58,013 bases of DNA from an uncultured Lachnospiraceae bacterium (GCA_964570105.1 CAZMWM010000002.1:1-58013); one strand, 5' to 3'. Positions 46,470-56,481 are shown, counted from the first letter of the stretch. The notes: generated by a model not told the origin, from the letters alone. Numbers and translations are program-made.

Positions 46470-47551
46470 TATTTTTTACCTCCAAGCATCATTGAAACGA
46501 AACGTCCGAACATCAATTCCTCGCTGTCCTTTGGACCTGAGCATGCCTCCGGATGGAACTGTACGGAAAAAGCTTTCTTTCCGGGATAATCAACACCCTC
46601 GCAAGTACCGTCGTTTGCATTGACGAACGAAAGCTCTCCGCCCACCTTCGCAACGGTATCGGCGTCAACGGCATATCCGTGATTTTGGCTCGTTATGTAT
46701 ATCTCCTTGCTCTCAAGGCATTTTACGGGCTGATTTCCGCCTCGGTGTCCGTATTTCAACTTATACGTTTTTGCGCCGAGTGCCAAAGCAAGCAATTGAT
46801 GCCCAAGGCATATACCGAATATCGGAAGCTTACCGACAAGCTCTTTTATCACCTGTATGCAAGCCGCGTTATCGGCAGGATCGCCGGGACCGTTAGAAAG
46901 CATAACGCCATCGGGAGCGTCGGCAAGTATCTCGCCGGCTTCGGTATCATAAGGAACCACCTTTACCGTACACCCTCTTTTGTTGAGACAACGTATTATA
47001 TTGTGCTTAGCTCCGTAATCTATGAGCGTAACTCTGCATTTTTCTTCGCCGTCCGCAGGATACACTGAGCTACCACCGCAGACGCTTACGTTTTTGAGTG
47101 CATCGGTGACCTTGTACGCCTTAAGCGCGTTTATATCCACGTTTTCGGGATCGTCTGTGATACAAGCGTTCATAACGCCGTTCTCACGGATGATGCGCGT
47201 AAGCTCACGCGTGTCGACTCTGCAGATACCGGGAATACCTCTCCGCGCAAGCTCGTCGTTGATATTTCCCTCGCATCTGAAATTCGAAGGCGTCGTACAC
47301 CATTCGCGTACGATATAACCGAGCGCGTGCACCTTATCGCTCTCGCCGTCCGGTCTTATCCAACCGTAATTACCCACGAGCGGAAATGTGTGCATGATGA
47401 TCTGACCGTAGTAGCTTGGATCCGTCAGTGTCTCGATATAGCCTTCCATACCGGTGGTAAAGACAAGCTCTCCGGTCACGTTTTTTTCCGCGCCAAAGCG
47501 TTCACCCTCAAAAACTCGCCCGTTTTCAAGCACGATGTACCCTTTTTTCAT
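46469..47551 (-). CDS. carA: Carbamoyl-phosphate synthase small (glutaminase) subunit CarA
   Basis: GICLGHQ catalytic Cys and a HGYAV...FSVQFHPEA triad. The stop overlaps the carB ATG (TAATG). Confidence 0.95.
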   Translation of the reverse strand: MKKGYIVLENGRVFEGERFGAEKNVTGELVFTTGMEGYIETLTDPSYYGQIIMHTFPLVGNYGWIRPDGESDKVHALGYIVREWCTTPSNFRCEGNINDELARRGIPGICRVDTRELTRIIRENGVMNACITDDPENVDINALKAYKVTDALKNVSVCGGSSVYPADGEEKCRVTLIDYGAKHNIIRCLNKRGCTVKVVPYDTEAGEILADAPDGVMLSNGPGDPADNAACIQVIKELVGKLPIFGICLGHQLLALALGAKTYKLKYGHRGGNQPVKCLESKEIYITSQNHGYAVDADTVAKVGGELSFVNANDGTCEGVDYPGKKAFSVQFHPEACSGPKDSEELMFGRFVSMMLGGKK

Positions 47552-47613
47552 ATATTTGCTCCAAACCTTTCATTTGTTTATTTTCTGAATGAATGTCTGC
47601 TACCGCAGATCGT

Positions 47614-48258
47614 CTAAACAGTTTTCGGCAGTTCCGTGATCAGACCTCCGAGATGCTCCGAATAAGTGTCCTCTACTATACGCATCCTTCCGTCACCGAC
47701 ACCTATAACGGTAACGGATGCATTTGGCACCCACATAAACTCTCTCATACGGTCGAGCGTCGCTCCGTTTGCGTGCATCTTGAGCAGCCGTATCGGCGTT
47801 GCGTGCGTGGAGATGAACACCGTCTTCCCGGGATAGCTCGCGGCTATCCGAAATATTTCGTTACATATGCGTTTATTGAGCTGAGCAACGCTCTCTCCGC
47901 CGGTACAGACGGCAGAGCCTATATCATCCAACCATATCTTAAAATCACTTTCGTACCTCGTGGCTATATCACCGAAGCGTAGCCCTTCCCACTCGCCTGC
48001 GTATATCTCTCTCAGCTCTTTATCGGGTATCAGCTCCATTCCCTTGAGTACGGCAAGAGCCTGTCCCGTCTGATAAGCGCGCAGAAGATCGCTCGAATAC
48101 ATAACGTCTATATCAACATTCCTGAGATACTGCGCCGTACATTTTGCCTGCCTAAGTCCAAGCTCGGTGAGCGGAAGATCGGTATGCCCGAGAAAAGCAC
48201 TGTTAAGATTACCTTCGCTCTGTCCGTGACGTTCAAGGATCATTCTGCATTCCGTCAT
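47614..48258 (-). CDS. Histidine phosphatase family protein (phosphoglycerate mutase-like)
   Basis: RHG motif (MILERHGQSEGN) and a downstream ISTHATPIR His motif. The ATG at 48258 has an AAAGGAA RBS 7 nt upstream. Confidence 0.75.
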   Translation of the reverse strand: MTECRMILERHGQSEGNLNSAFLGHTDLPLTELGLRQAKCTAQYLRNVDIDVMYSSDLLRAYQTGQALAVLKGMELIPDKELREIYAGEWEGLRFGDIATRYESDFKIWLDDIGSAVCTGGESVAQLNKRICNEIFRIAASYPGKTVFISTHATPIRLLKMHANGATLDRMREFMWVPNASVTVIGVGDGRMRIVEDTYSEHLGGLITELPKTV

Positions 48259-48379
48259 ATCACGTTTCCTTTCAGACCTCGCACGGAAGGTCATTCATCA
48301 AATACCGACACGACCAACGCGTGCACAAAACAGTCTTAAAATAACACATCGTAACAAATACCATCACATTTCTCCACTA

Positions 48380-48410
48380 AGAAAACGGGGAGTTGTTTAC
48401 ACAACACCCC
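48380..48410 (-). terminator. Candidate terminator after argJ
   Basis: Minus strand reads GGGGTGTTGT-GTAA-ACAACTCCCC (one U-U mismatch) followed by GTTTTCTTAG. Confidence 0.5.
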
Positions 48411-48419
48411 TGTACGCAT

Positions 48420-49640
48420 TTACGTACGGTAATCACCGTTTATCTTGACGTAATCGTAAGTAAGATCACAGCCGTAAGCCGTAGCCTCACCCTCGCCGTC
48501 ACCGAGCGAGACCGAAATAACGATATCGCTCGGGAGCAATATCTCTTTTGCGCGCTCCTCGGAAAACTCCACTCCGGATCCGTTTTCGCAAACGGTGATC
48601 TCGCCCTTCTCGGAGATAAACTTTACTCCGACCTTGTTAACATCAACATCGGCACCGCTGTAACCGATAGCGCAAAGCACCCTTCCCCAATTGGCATCCG
48701 CGCCAAACATAGCCGCCTTCACGAGGCTGGAACAGATAACGCTTTTTGCAATGATACGTGCATTCTCGCTGTCTTTCGCCCCGGTAACGCGACATTCCAA
48801 AAGCTTGCTCGCACCTTCTCCGTCTTTAGCTATAGCGCGACACAGCTTGGTCGTGACGGCGCGAAGAGCGGAACGGAAGATATCAAAGTCATCACCCTCG
48901 GTGCACACCGCGGCATTGCCGGCAACGCCGTTCGCAATAACGGAAAGCATATCGTTGGTCGACGTATCTCCGTCAACGGATATCATATTAAAGGTGTCCT
49001 TCACATCGGTTCTCACCGCTTTATCGAGCATTTCCGGAGATATAGCACAATCCGTTGTTATGAACACGAGCATCGTTGCCATATTCGGATGTATCATTCC
49101 GGAGCCTTTGGCTATACCGCCTATATGACAGATCTTTCCACCAAGCTCAAACTCGACCGCCGCTTCCTTCAAGATAGTATCGGTGGTCATAATAGCGTTG
49201 GCGGCATCGGCGCTTCCGGATGCATCCGAAGTACAGCATCCGAAAAGCTCATCCATATGCTCCGCGATAGGCGAGATATCGAGCGGCTGACCTATAACTC
49301 CGGTGGACGCGCAGATAACATCAGCGGACGGTATACCGGTAACGTCCGATACGAGCCTACACATCGCCTCTGCTATCTCCACACCGTTGGCGTTGCATGT
49401 ATTGGCGTTTCCGCTGTTGCAGACGATAGCCTGAGCATATCCGTCGGAAATATTCCGCTTGGTAACGGTTATGGGAGCGCCTTTAACGAGATTTTGAGTA
49501 TAAACACTTGCGGCAGAACACCTTTCGGAGCTTACGATCAGCGCAAGGTCTTTTTTGGACTTATTCTTACGGATACCGCAGTGAACGCCTCCGGCAGTGA
49601 ATCCCTTCGCGGCACAAACGCCGCCGTCAATATACCTCAT
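48420..49640 (-). CDS. argJ: Bifunctional ornithine acetyltransferase / N-acetylglutamate synthase ArgJ
   Basis: GFTAGGVHCGI.K and the autoprocessing site PNMATMLVFITTD. The ATG at 49640 (AAAGGAAG RBS) lies after the argG stop. Confidence 0.9.
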   Translation of the reverse strand: MRYIDGGVCAAKGFTAGGVHCGIRKNKSKKDLALIVSSERCSAASVYTQNLVKGAPITVTKRNISDGYAQAIVCNSGNANTCNANGVEIAEAMCRLVSDVTGIPSADVICASTGVIGQPLDISPIAEHMDELFGCCTSDASGSADAANAIMTTDTILKEAAVEFELGGKICHIGGIAKGSGMIHPNMATMLVFITTDCAISPEMLDKAVRTDVKDTFNMISVDGDTSTNDMLSVIANGVAGNAAVCTEGDDFDIFRSALRAVTTKLCRAIAKDGEGASKLLECRVTGAKDSENARIIAKSVICSSLVKAAMFGADANWGRVLCAIGYSGADVDVNKVGVKFISEKGEITVCENGSGVEFSEERAKEILLPSDIVISVSLGDGEGEATAYGCDLTYDYVKINGDYRT

Positions 49641-49714
49641 ACAACTTCCTTTCGGCAACGCGGCTGAGCCGCATTGCCAAGTAAAAACGAATTTTCTTTT
49701 CAAATGTCGGGATA

Positions 49715-50944
49715 TCATTCCCCAAGCTTTTTATTCAGCTTTGCCTGAACGCCGATGGGCAGACCGAACAGGTTGATAAATCCGGCAGAGTCCTTTTGGT
49801 CGTATGCACCTCCGTCGTCACCGAAAGAAGCGACCTCATCATCATACAGCGAATACTTAGATGTAACGCCGGCGTTTATGATATTACCCTTATAGAGCTT
49901 GAGCTTTACATCTCCCGTAACACGCTCTTGAGTCTTGTCAACAAAAGCCGACAAAGCTTCGCGAAGAGGCGTGAACCACTGACCGAAATAAACAAGCTCC
50001 CCGAACTTCTGAGAAACAAGCTTCTTATAGTGGGAAGTATCGCGGTCGAGCGTTATCGTCTCAAGTACCTCGTGCGCCTTGTAAAGTATAGCTCCGCCGG
50101 GCGTTTCGTAAACACCGCGGCTCTTCATACCGACCAGACGGTTTTCAACGAGGTCCAAAAGACCGATGCCGTTCGCTCCGCCGAGCGCGTTCAGCTTTTC
50201 CACCAGCTCCACGGCTCCAAGCTTCTCTCCGTTGACCTCGGTAGGAATTCCCTTCTCGAAATGCACCGTAACGTAGGTCGGTGTATCGGGAGCCGTCTCG
50301 GGAGAGACGCCCAACTCAAGAAATCCGGGCTTGTTGTACTGCGGCTCGTTTGCCGGATCCTCAAGATCCATTCCCTCGTGCGAAAGATGCCACAGATTTT
50401 TGTCCTTTGAATAGTTGGTCTCACGGCTGATCTTGAGCGGAATACCGTGCGCTTCCGCGTAATCTATCTCCTCGTCACGCGACTTTATATTCCACTCACG
50501 CCACGGAGCGATTATCTTCATATCCGGTGCAAAAGCCTTTATGGTAAGCTCGAAACGCACCTGGTCGTTACCCTTTCCCGTGCAACCGTGGCAGATCGCG
50601 TCGGCACCTTCTTTAATGGCGATATCCACGAGAGCCTTAGCTATACAGGGACGTGCGTGCGAGGTTCCGAGGAGATACGTCTCGTAATCGGCGCCCGCCT
50701 TGAGACAGGGATATATATAGTTCTCGACATAGTCCTGCTTGAGATCGAGCACGTAAAGCTTCGACGCACCGGTCTTGAGTGCTTTTTCCTCAAGTCCGTC
50801 AAGCTCCGTACCCTGACCTACGTCACCGGATACGGCAACGACCTCGCAGTTATCGTAATTTTCCTTGAGCCACGGAATTATGATGGAGGTATCAAGTCCT
50901 CCGGAATATGCGAGAACGACCTTTTTTATCTTCTTGTCAGCCAT
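49715..50944 (-). CDS. argG: Argininosuccinate synthase ArgG
   Basis: [14 protein letters not shown] (N-type ATP pyrophosphatase), [13 protein letters not shown]. The ATG at 50944 has an AAAGGAA RBS, and the longer track ORF is an upstream extension. Confidence 0.95.
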   Translation of the reverse strand: MADKKIKKVVLAYSGGLDTSIIIPWLKENYDNCEVVAVSGDVGQGTELDGLEEKALKTGASKLYVLDLKQDYVENYIYPCLKAGADYETYLLGTSHARPCIAKALVDIAIKEGADAICHGCTGKGNDQVRFELTIKAFAPDMKIIAPWREWNIKSRDEEIDYAEAHGIPLKISRETNYSKDKNLWHLSHEGMDLEDPANEPQYNKPGFLELGVSPETAPDTPTYVTVHFEKGIPTEVNGEKLGAVELVEKLNALGGANGIGLLDLVENRLVGMKSRGVYETPGGAILYKAHEVLETITLDRDTSHYKKLVSQKFGELVYFGQWFTPLREALSAFVDKTQERVTGDVKLKLYKGNIINAGVTSKYSLYDDEVASFGDDGGAYDQKDSAGFINLFGLPIGVQAKLNKKLGE

Positions 50945-51082
50945 TTTATGACCATTCCTTTCTGCGCATTTGCGCAACGCGATGCACCGTAATACGGCAG
51001 ATATTCCAAGAGGTGCCCTCTTGGCGAAGTTTGCCCTTGTATTATGCTCGGATCGCATCGATATCATTTTTCATTATGTATT

Positions 51083-51110
51083 ATTATACATATTTTCAGC
51101 GGTTTGTCAA
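51083..51110 (-). promoter_or_regulatory. Near-consensus sigma-A promoter upstream of argG
   Basis: Minus strand reads TTGACA (51110-51105), 16 nt, TATAAT (51088-51083), leaving a roughly 130-nt leader to the argG ATG. Confidence 0.55.
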
Positions 51111-51237
51111 TAGTTTTTCGAAAAGAAATCGCACGAAGCGCGAATTTTTGTACAAAACCACTTTCACGGCATATTTATTCAATAATTTTTTAGATGTTTT
51201 TTCTCTGTGCCGAACAACATCTTGACAAAACGTTAAT

Positions 51238-51290
51238 TGCATAAATATGCACAATAGAATGAATTTTATTCATTATTTATAAGCATCCAA
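51238..51290 (-). promoter_or_regulatory. Pair of ARG-box-like palindromes overlapping a second minus-strand promoter (candidate ArgR/AhrC operator)
   Basis: TGCATAAATATGCA (51238-51251, perfect 14-nt palindrome) and TGAATTTTATTCA (51260-51272) have centres about 21.5 bp apart. Minus-strand TTGGAT (51290-51285), 16 nt, TAAAAT (51268-51263) places box 2 over the -10 and box 1 just downstream of the predicted start. Confidence 0.4.
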
Positions 51291-51411
51291 GCCCTCCGCT
51301 CCGAAGATCGCGGATACTCACGCCGAAGTCTCCGAATATATCCGCAAGCCGGCGCTAAAACGGTCGAAATGTTAATTTTTTTAGAAGATAAAAAAACCTC
51401 GAATATTGCTA

Positions 51412-51440
51412 TTGCAATAAGATATAAATTGTGTTATAAT
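51412..51440 (+). promoter_or_regulatory. Sigma-A promoter of the AraC-like regulator gene
   Basis: TTGCAA (51412-51417), 17 nt, TATAAT (51435-51440) with an extended -10 TGT. Confidence 0.55.
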
Positions 51441-51490
51441 CTATTCGTCGGAACACGACAAATATTGCAGAAAACGAGGTATAACCTTTT

Positions 51491-52636
51491 ATGATAAATC
51501 AGTACGTCGAAAATCCGTCGGAAGCTCTTAAGTTACAAAAAGCGATCGGTATACGCATACCGCCGCATCTTCATACCTCCGCGGAGCTTGTATACATTGA
51601 AGAAGGAAGCGCTCTGCTCTCCATCGGCTCGCTCGAATACACAGTGCAGCGCGGAGACTTCGTTTACATAATGCCGAGCAATCTGCACACCGTGATTCCG
51701 GATACGTACCAGACATCGATATTCGTCATAAATTGCAAATGCGACCTTATAGAATCCGTCATAAAGCGCTATAACGGGTGCAGACCTGCCTCACCCGTAC
51801 TGCGCGCTCACGACGTTCCGCGCGATCTTCCCTACGCGCTTTCGGCGCTCGCTCACGAAGAAAACGACGATATCGCGGCAAGCTGGCTCGCGCTCGTGTT
51901 TACCATGGTATGCAGTAATCTGCGATTTGCAAATATAACCGAAGGCGCCACCTCTGATCTTTCGTCAAGGATACTCGCTTATCTCGGCGAGCATTACCGG
52001 GAGCCGCTATCGCTCGAGACGCTCGCGAATGCAATGGGCGTGAGCCGTTTTCATCTTTCACATATGTTTGCCACCAAGTTCGGTATAGGATTCAAGGAAT
52101 ATTTGAATAACCTCAGAATAGAGTGCGCCAAGGGACTGTTGCGCTCAACAGAGCTTCCGATTTCCGAAATATGCATAAATTCCGGATTTGAAAATCAACG
52201 CACCTTCAACCGCGTGTTCAACGAAAACACGGGAATATCTCCGCGCGATTACCGTTACGGCAGATCCGAGGATCTCACGCGCGGAAAAGCTCGCGTACGC
52301 CCGTCGCTAGGGCACTATACTCATTCATCCTCATCGCGCATCGACGAGCGCCAGCCGGTACGTGAGGACAGAGCAGTCTCTTCAAAGGTCAGTGTGATAT
52401 CAGACGAGATCGTGGTCTTGGCTCCCGAGAAGAAAACAAAGACAATCGAGAATACAGCGAAAGCCGAAAAAACTGCGTCTGCTAAGTCCTCATCCACCAA
52501 GAAGAGCGCAACGTCCGGAGTAAAAAAAGCCAAGGATATGCCTGTAAGCAACGAAAAGCGCGATCAAAGATCGCCGTTTGACAAAAAGCAACCGGATAAG
52601 AGCAAGCGTTCCGGAACAGCCGTTTGGCTCCTTTGA
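51491..52636 (+). CDS. AraC family transcriptional regulator with a roughly 125-aa basic low-complexity C-terminal extension
   Basis: Cupin-like N-terminus and a double HTH (LSLETLANAMGVSRFHLSHMF... FENQRTFNRVFNENTGISPRDYR), followed by a K/S/T/A-rich tail (..KKTKTIENTAKAEKTASAKSSSTKKSATSGVKKAKD..KRDQRSPFDKKQPDKSKRSG..). Confidence 0.8.
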   Translation: MINQYVENPSEALKLQKAIGIRIPPHLHTSAELVYIEEGSALLSIGSLEYTVQRGDFVYIMPSNLHTVIPDTYQTSIFVINCKCDLIESVIKRYNGCRPASPVLRAHDVPRDLPYALSALAHEENDDIAASWLALVFTMVCSNLRFANITEGATSDLSSRILAYLGEHYREPLSLETLANAMGVSRFHLSHMFATKFGIGFKEYLNNLRIECAKGLLRSTELPISEICINSGFENQRTFNRVFNENTGISPRDYRYGRSEDLTRGKARVRPSLGHYTHSSSSRIDERQPVREDRAVSSKVSVISDEIVVLAPEKKTKTIENTAKAEKTASAKSSSTKKSATSGVKKAKDMPVSNEKRDQRSPFDKKQPDKSKRSGTAVWLL

Positions 52637-52717
52637 TGCAATGGCTCATCAATGCCGCTCGGTATAAGCTCGCCGTGAGCTTCACACCGTATCACGATAC
52701 ACATACGCATAAATATT

Positions 52718-52746
52718 TAAAAAGCTCCTTATCTTAAGGGGCTTTT
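52718..52746 (+). terminator. Rho-independent terminator after the AraC-like gene
   Basis: AAAAAGCTCCTTA-TCT-TAAGGGGCTTTTT (one G-U pair), with the T-run included in the 3' arm. Confidence 0.7.
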
Positions 52747-52939
52747 TGATACCGCATAAGAAAAAAACTTGATTAAAAAACACAAAACGAACATATTCCC
52801 TTTAACTGTATCGCAAAAAAGACTTCGAAACATTTGTTCCACAAATATTTACGAAAGGTGTGCTTTTTAATTAAACGCAGTTAATAATCACCTGCTAAAA
52901 TATCACCATTAACGAAAAAAGGAGAAGCAATCTGGCTAA

Positions 52940-55900
52940 ATGTTGGTTTTAAAAAATATTCGCAAGGAATACGATACGGCAGGCGAGTCGGTCACAGCCC
53001 TCAAGGGGATCGATCTTGCTTTTCGACGCAATGAATTTGTATCGATACTCGGTCATTCCGGTTGCGGAAAAACTACCCTTCTTAACGTCATCGGCGGTCT
53101 CGACAGGTATTCGAGCGGCGACCTTTTGATACGCGGTGTTTCCACAAGCTCGTATAGCGAGAGCGATTGGGACACGTACAGAAATCATTCGATCGGCTTT
53201 GTTTTTCAAAGCTATAACCTCATTCCTCACCAAACGGTGCTTTCCAATGTCGAGCTTGCACTCACCCTTTCCGGAGTTTCAAAATCGGAACGCCGCGCAA
53301 GGGCGATAGCCGTACTTAAAAAAGTAGGACTTGGCGATCAGATATATAAAAAACCAAATCAAATGTCCGGCGGACAGATGCAGAGAGTCGCCATCGCGCG
53401 AGCACTCATAAACGATCCGGAGATACTTCTCGCCGACGAGCCTACCGGTGCTCTCGATACCGATACCTCCGTCCAGATAATGGAGCTTCTGAAGGAGATA
53501 TCGGGTGACCGATTGATAATAATGGTCACGCACAATCCCGAGCTTGCAGAAAAATATTCGGACAGGATAATCCGTCTGCGCGACGGCGAGGTCGTCGGTG
53601 ACACCTCTCCCTTCTCTATCGAGGAAGAAGCCGCAGAGACCGAGAAGCTTCTAAAGCAAGCCTCCACCAATAAAGGAAACAAGACCTCGATGTCATTTTT
53701 CACCGCGCTCTCGCTCTCACTCAACAATCTTATGACCAAAAAGGGCAGAACGTTTATGACGGCGTTCGCAGGGAGTATCGGTATAATAGGTATCGCCTTG
53801 ATACTTTCTCTTTCGAGCGGAATAAAGAATTATATAAACAAGGTACAGCAGGACACCCTTTCTTCATACCCCATCCAGATAGAAGCGGAGACTATGGATA
53901 TATCCGGACTGATATCCTCGATCATGGGTTCTGCCGGAGACGCACAGGAAAAGCACGAGGACGGTAAGATATACTCGAGCACGGTGCTTTACGACCTCAT
54001 CACAACAATGAACAATTCAGCCGTGACGACCAACGACCTTCAAAAGTTCAAGGAATATCTCGAAAGCGACGCTTGCAACGTTATGGATTACGCTACGTAT
54101 ATCCAATACGGCTACGATCTTTCCATAAACGCTTACCTAAAGGATGACGGCGGCGAATATTTTAAAGCCGATATCTCATCCCTGTTTTCCGGTATGATGT
54201 CGGAGTATACCACACAAAGCTCATACCTTTCGATGTCAAATTCCTTTGTTAATTACAGCGTTTGGGAAGAGATGCTGAGCGGAGAGGGCGAAAACGAATA
54301 CGTCAGCCCGATCATAAAGTCTCAATACGGTCTCGTTGCAGGAAAATGGCCTGAGAGCTATAACGAGGTCGTGCTTCTCATAAGCGATAATAACGAGATA
54401 TCCGATATCACACTGTACACTCTCGGTCTCATCTCGTCGGATGAGATGCTTGACACGATGATCGCCGCCATGAAAGAGACCGGCGATGTAAAGCACGAGT
54501 CGAAAGAATACGAATATTCGGATATCCTCGGAATTTCCTATCAGCTGATAGCCTCCACCGAGTATTTCAGCCAAAAGAACGGCGTTTGGTACGATATCTC
54601 CACATCCTCGGATAACACCGAGTTCAAAAGCGTGGTCGCAAACGCCGCCACCGTTAAAATCGTCGGCATCATAAAGAAGGATCCGGAAGCAACGGCGGCA
54701 ACGCTCAGCGGCTCGCTCATATATACCAAGGCGCTTACCGACTATCTGCTCGGTATAATAGAAAACAGCGAAGTGGTAAAGGCACAGAAGGCAAATGAAA
54801 CAGTCGACATATTCACCGGTCTGCCCTTCGTGCTTAACGATGCGGATAAGCTTGTCGATCCCGAAAAGCCCCACGCGTTTCTTGATTACGTTTCCACTCT
54901 TCCGAATGATCAAAAAGCCGAGCTTTTCACCAAGCTCATGACCACGCCGACGGATGAATACGTTACCGCAACGTCAGAATATATGCTCGCGTCGTACGGA
55001 ATAAAACCCGACACGGAATACGAGGTAATGCTCAATACTGTTATAAACGTTTTGGGCGGCACGGATGAAGATAAGCTTCTTGTCAGAAAATGGCTATCCA
55101 CCTACACGCAGGAGGAGCTGTACGAATATATCGTCGATACGTTCGGAAAATATATATCGGATCAGTACACCGAAAGCGCGATGCAAAAGATAGAAAGCAT
55201 AAAAAACACACCGGACGCAAACGAGCTGACAGCCGAAAAAGCGATAATATATTTCTCTCTGCTCGACGGCATCGAACAAAAGCGCACTTACGTAAAGGCG
55301 CTGGCGAACGAGCTTATGAATACGAACAGTGCATTCTACCCATTCGCCGAGAAGCTTGCAAAAAATGCGGACTCCATGACCGAAGCAGAGCTGGAAAGTG
55401 AGCTTGGCGCGCTCTTCCGTCAAGCCGCAAACTATAACGGCGTGATAGACAACGCGGCAAGAATTTTGATCTCCCTTATGGACAACGGAAAGAAAAAAGC
55501 CTACATCGTCAACCAATACACCTCCTCCACCGCAATACCGGAAGCCAATGTTACCGAATGGCTCGACGGGCTTGAATATGACGAGATGAACAGCGTGTTC
55601 AACGGGCTTGTTACCGCAAATGCACAAAGCTCATACTCCGCTATAAGCGCAAGCTCACAGACCGGAGAAAAGAGCAACAAAAAGCTTTCCGATGCATTCG
55701 ATGCATTCCTCCAAGGTTGCACAGACGAGCAGCTGGTATATTACTACGACGAGTATATGGAGCTTGTGTCCAAAAGCTCTCTTAAGGAGAATTATGAGCT
55801 TATCGGATACGCGGACAAAAACGATCCAAAGTCAATAACCATCTACGCCGCAGATTTCGAAAGCAAGGAAGATATAGCCGATATCATCACGAAATATAAT

Positions 55901-56386
55901 TCGTCGGTTGATGAAGAAGATCGCATAAGCTATACTGATTACGTCGCACTGCTCATGTCCTCGATCACTACGATAATAGACGCGATATCCTACGTGCTCA
56001 TAGCGTTCGTTTCGATATCGCTCGTGGTGTCCTCGATAATGATAGGTATAATCACCTATATCTCCGTGCTTGAGCGTACCAAGGAGATCGGTATACTCCG
56101 TTCCATAGGCGCATCAAGACGCGATATCTCGCGCGTTTTCAATGCCGAAACACTTATAGTGGGCTTCGTCGCCGGAGCTATAGGAATATTGGTAACACTT
56201 CTGCTCAATATCCCGATAAACATTATAATAAAGGCACTCACCGGAGTTTCCGGCATCTCATCTTTGCCGGCAATAGGAGCGTTCGGGCTTATAGCGATAA
56301 GTATGCTCCTGACCTTCTTTGCGGGACTCGTTCCGGCAAGCGTGGCATCCAAAAAGGATCCCGTTGTAGCCCTTCGCACCGAATAA
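52940..56386 (+). CDS. Fused ABC transporter ATP-binding / FtsX-family permease protein (MacB-type topology) with a very large extracytoplasmic domain
   Basis: N-terminal ATPase (Walker A GHSGCGKTT, signature MSGGQMQR, Walker B ILLADEPTGALD). TM1 lies near aa 265-292, a roughly 700-aa hydrophilic region follows, and the C-terminus is an FtsX-type three-TM bundle (..ERTKEIGILRSIGASRRDI...). Confidence 0.85.
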   Translation: MLVLKNIRKEYDTAGESVTALKGIDLAFRRNEFVSILGHSGCGKTTLLNVIGGLDRYSSGDLLIRGVSTSSYSESDWDTYRNHSIGFVFQSYNLIPHQTVLSNVELALTLSGVSKSERRARAIAVLKKVGLGDQIYKKPNQMSGGQMQRVAIARALINDPEILLADEPTGALDTDTSVQIMELLKEISGDRLIIMVTHNPELAEKYSDRIIRLRDGEVVGDTSPFSIEEEAAETEKLLKQASTNKGNKTSMSFFTALSLSLNNLMTKKGRTFMTAFAGSIGIIGIALILSLSSGIKNYINKVQQDTLSSYPIQIEAETMDISGLISSIMGSAGDAQEKHEDGKIYSSTVLYDLITTMNNSAVTTNDLQKFKEYLESDACNVMDYATYIQYGYDLSINAYLKDDGGEYFKADISSLFSGMMSEYTTQSSYLSMSNSFVNYSVWEEMLSGEGENEYVSPIIKSQYGLVAGKWPESYNEVVLLISDNNEISDITLYTLGLISSDEMLDTMIAAMKETGDVKHESKEYEYSDILGISYQLIASTEYFSQKNGVWYDISTSSDNTEFKSVVANAATVKIVGIIKKDPEATAATLSGSLIYTKALTDYLLGIIENSEVVKAQKANETVDIFTGLPFVLNDADKLVDPEKPHAFLDYVSTLPNDQKAELFTKLMTTPTDEYVTATSEYMLASYGIKPDTEYEVMLNTVINVLGGTDEDKLLVRKWLSTYTQEELYEYIVDTFGKYISDQYTESAMQKIESIKNTPDANELTAEKAIIYFSLLDGIEQKRTYVKALANELMNTNSAFYPFAEKLAKNADSMTEAELESELGALFRQAANYNGVIDNAARILISLMDNGKKKAYIVNQYTSSTAIPEANVTEWLDGLEYDEMNSVFNGLVTANAQSSYSAISASSQTGEKSNKKLSDAFDAFLQGCTDEQLVYYYDEYMELVSKSSLKENYELIGYADKNDPKSITIYAADFESKEDIADIITKYNSSVDEEDRISYTDYVALLMSSITTIIDAISYVLIAFVSISLVVSSIMIGIITYISVLERTKEIGILRSIGASRRDISRVFNAETLIVGFVAGAIGILVTLLLNIPINIIIKALTGVSGISSLPAIGAFGLIAISMLLTFFAGLVPASVASKKDPVVALRTE

Positions 56387-56481
56387 AGCATTCTGCAAAA
56401 TCCCCCACCTCTCACCCATCCCCGCTTCCGTCGATGCGGATAACGTCCGCCAAACGGTAAGTAAATAACAAATACAGCATT

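Noticed and set aside
51096-51242. 48-codon minus-strand ORF (MQLTFCQDVVRHREKTSKKLLNKYAVKVVLYKNSRFVRFLFEKLLTNR) in the argG upstream region, starting inside ARG box 1.
   Set aside because: It has no Shine-Dalgarno, runs through the downstream promoter hexamers, and has a composition typical of AT-rich intergenic DNA. It is probably not translated.
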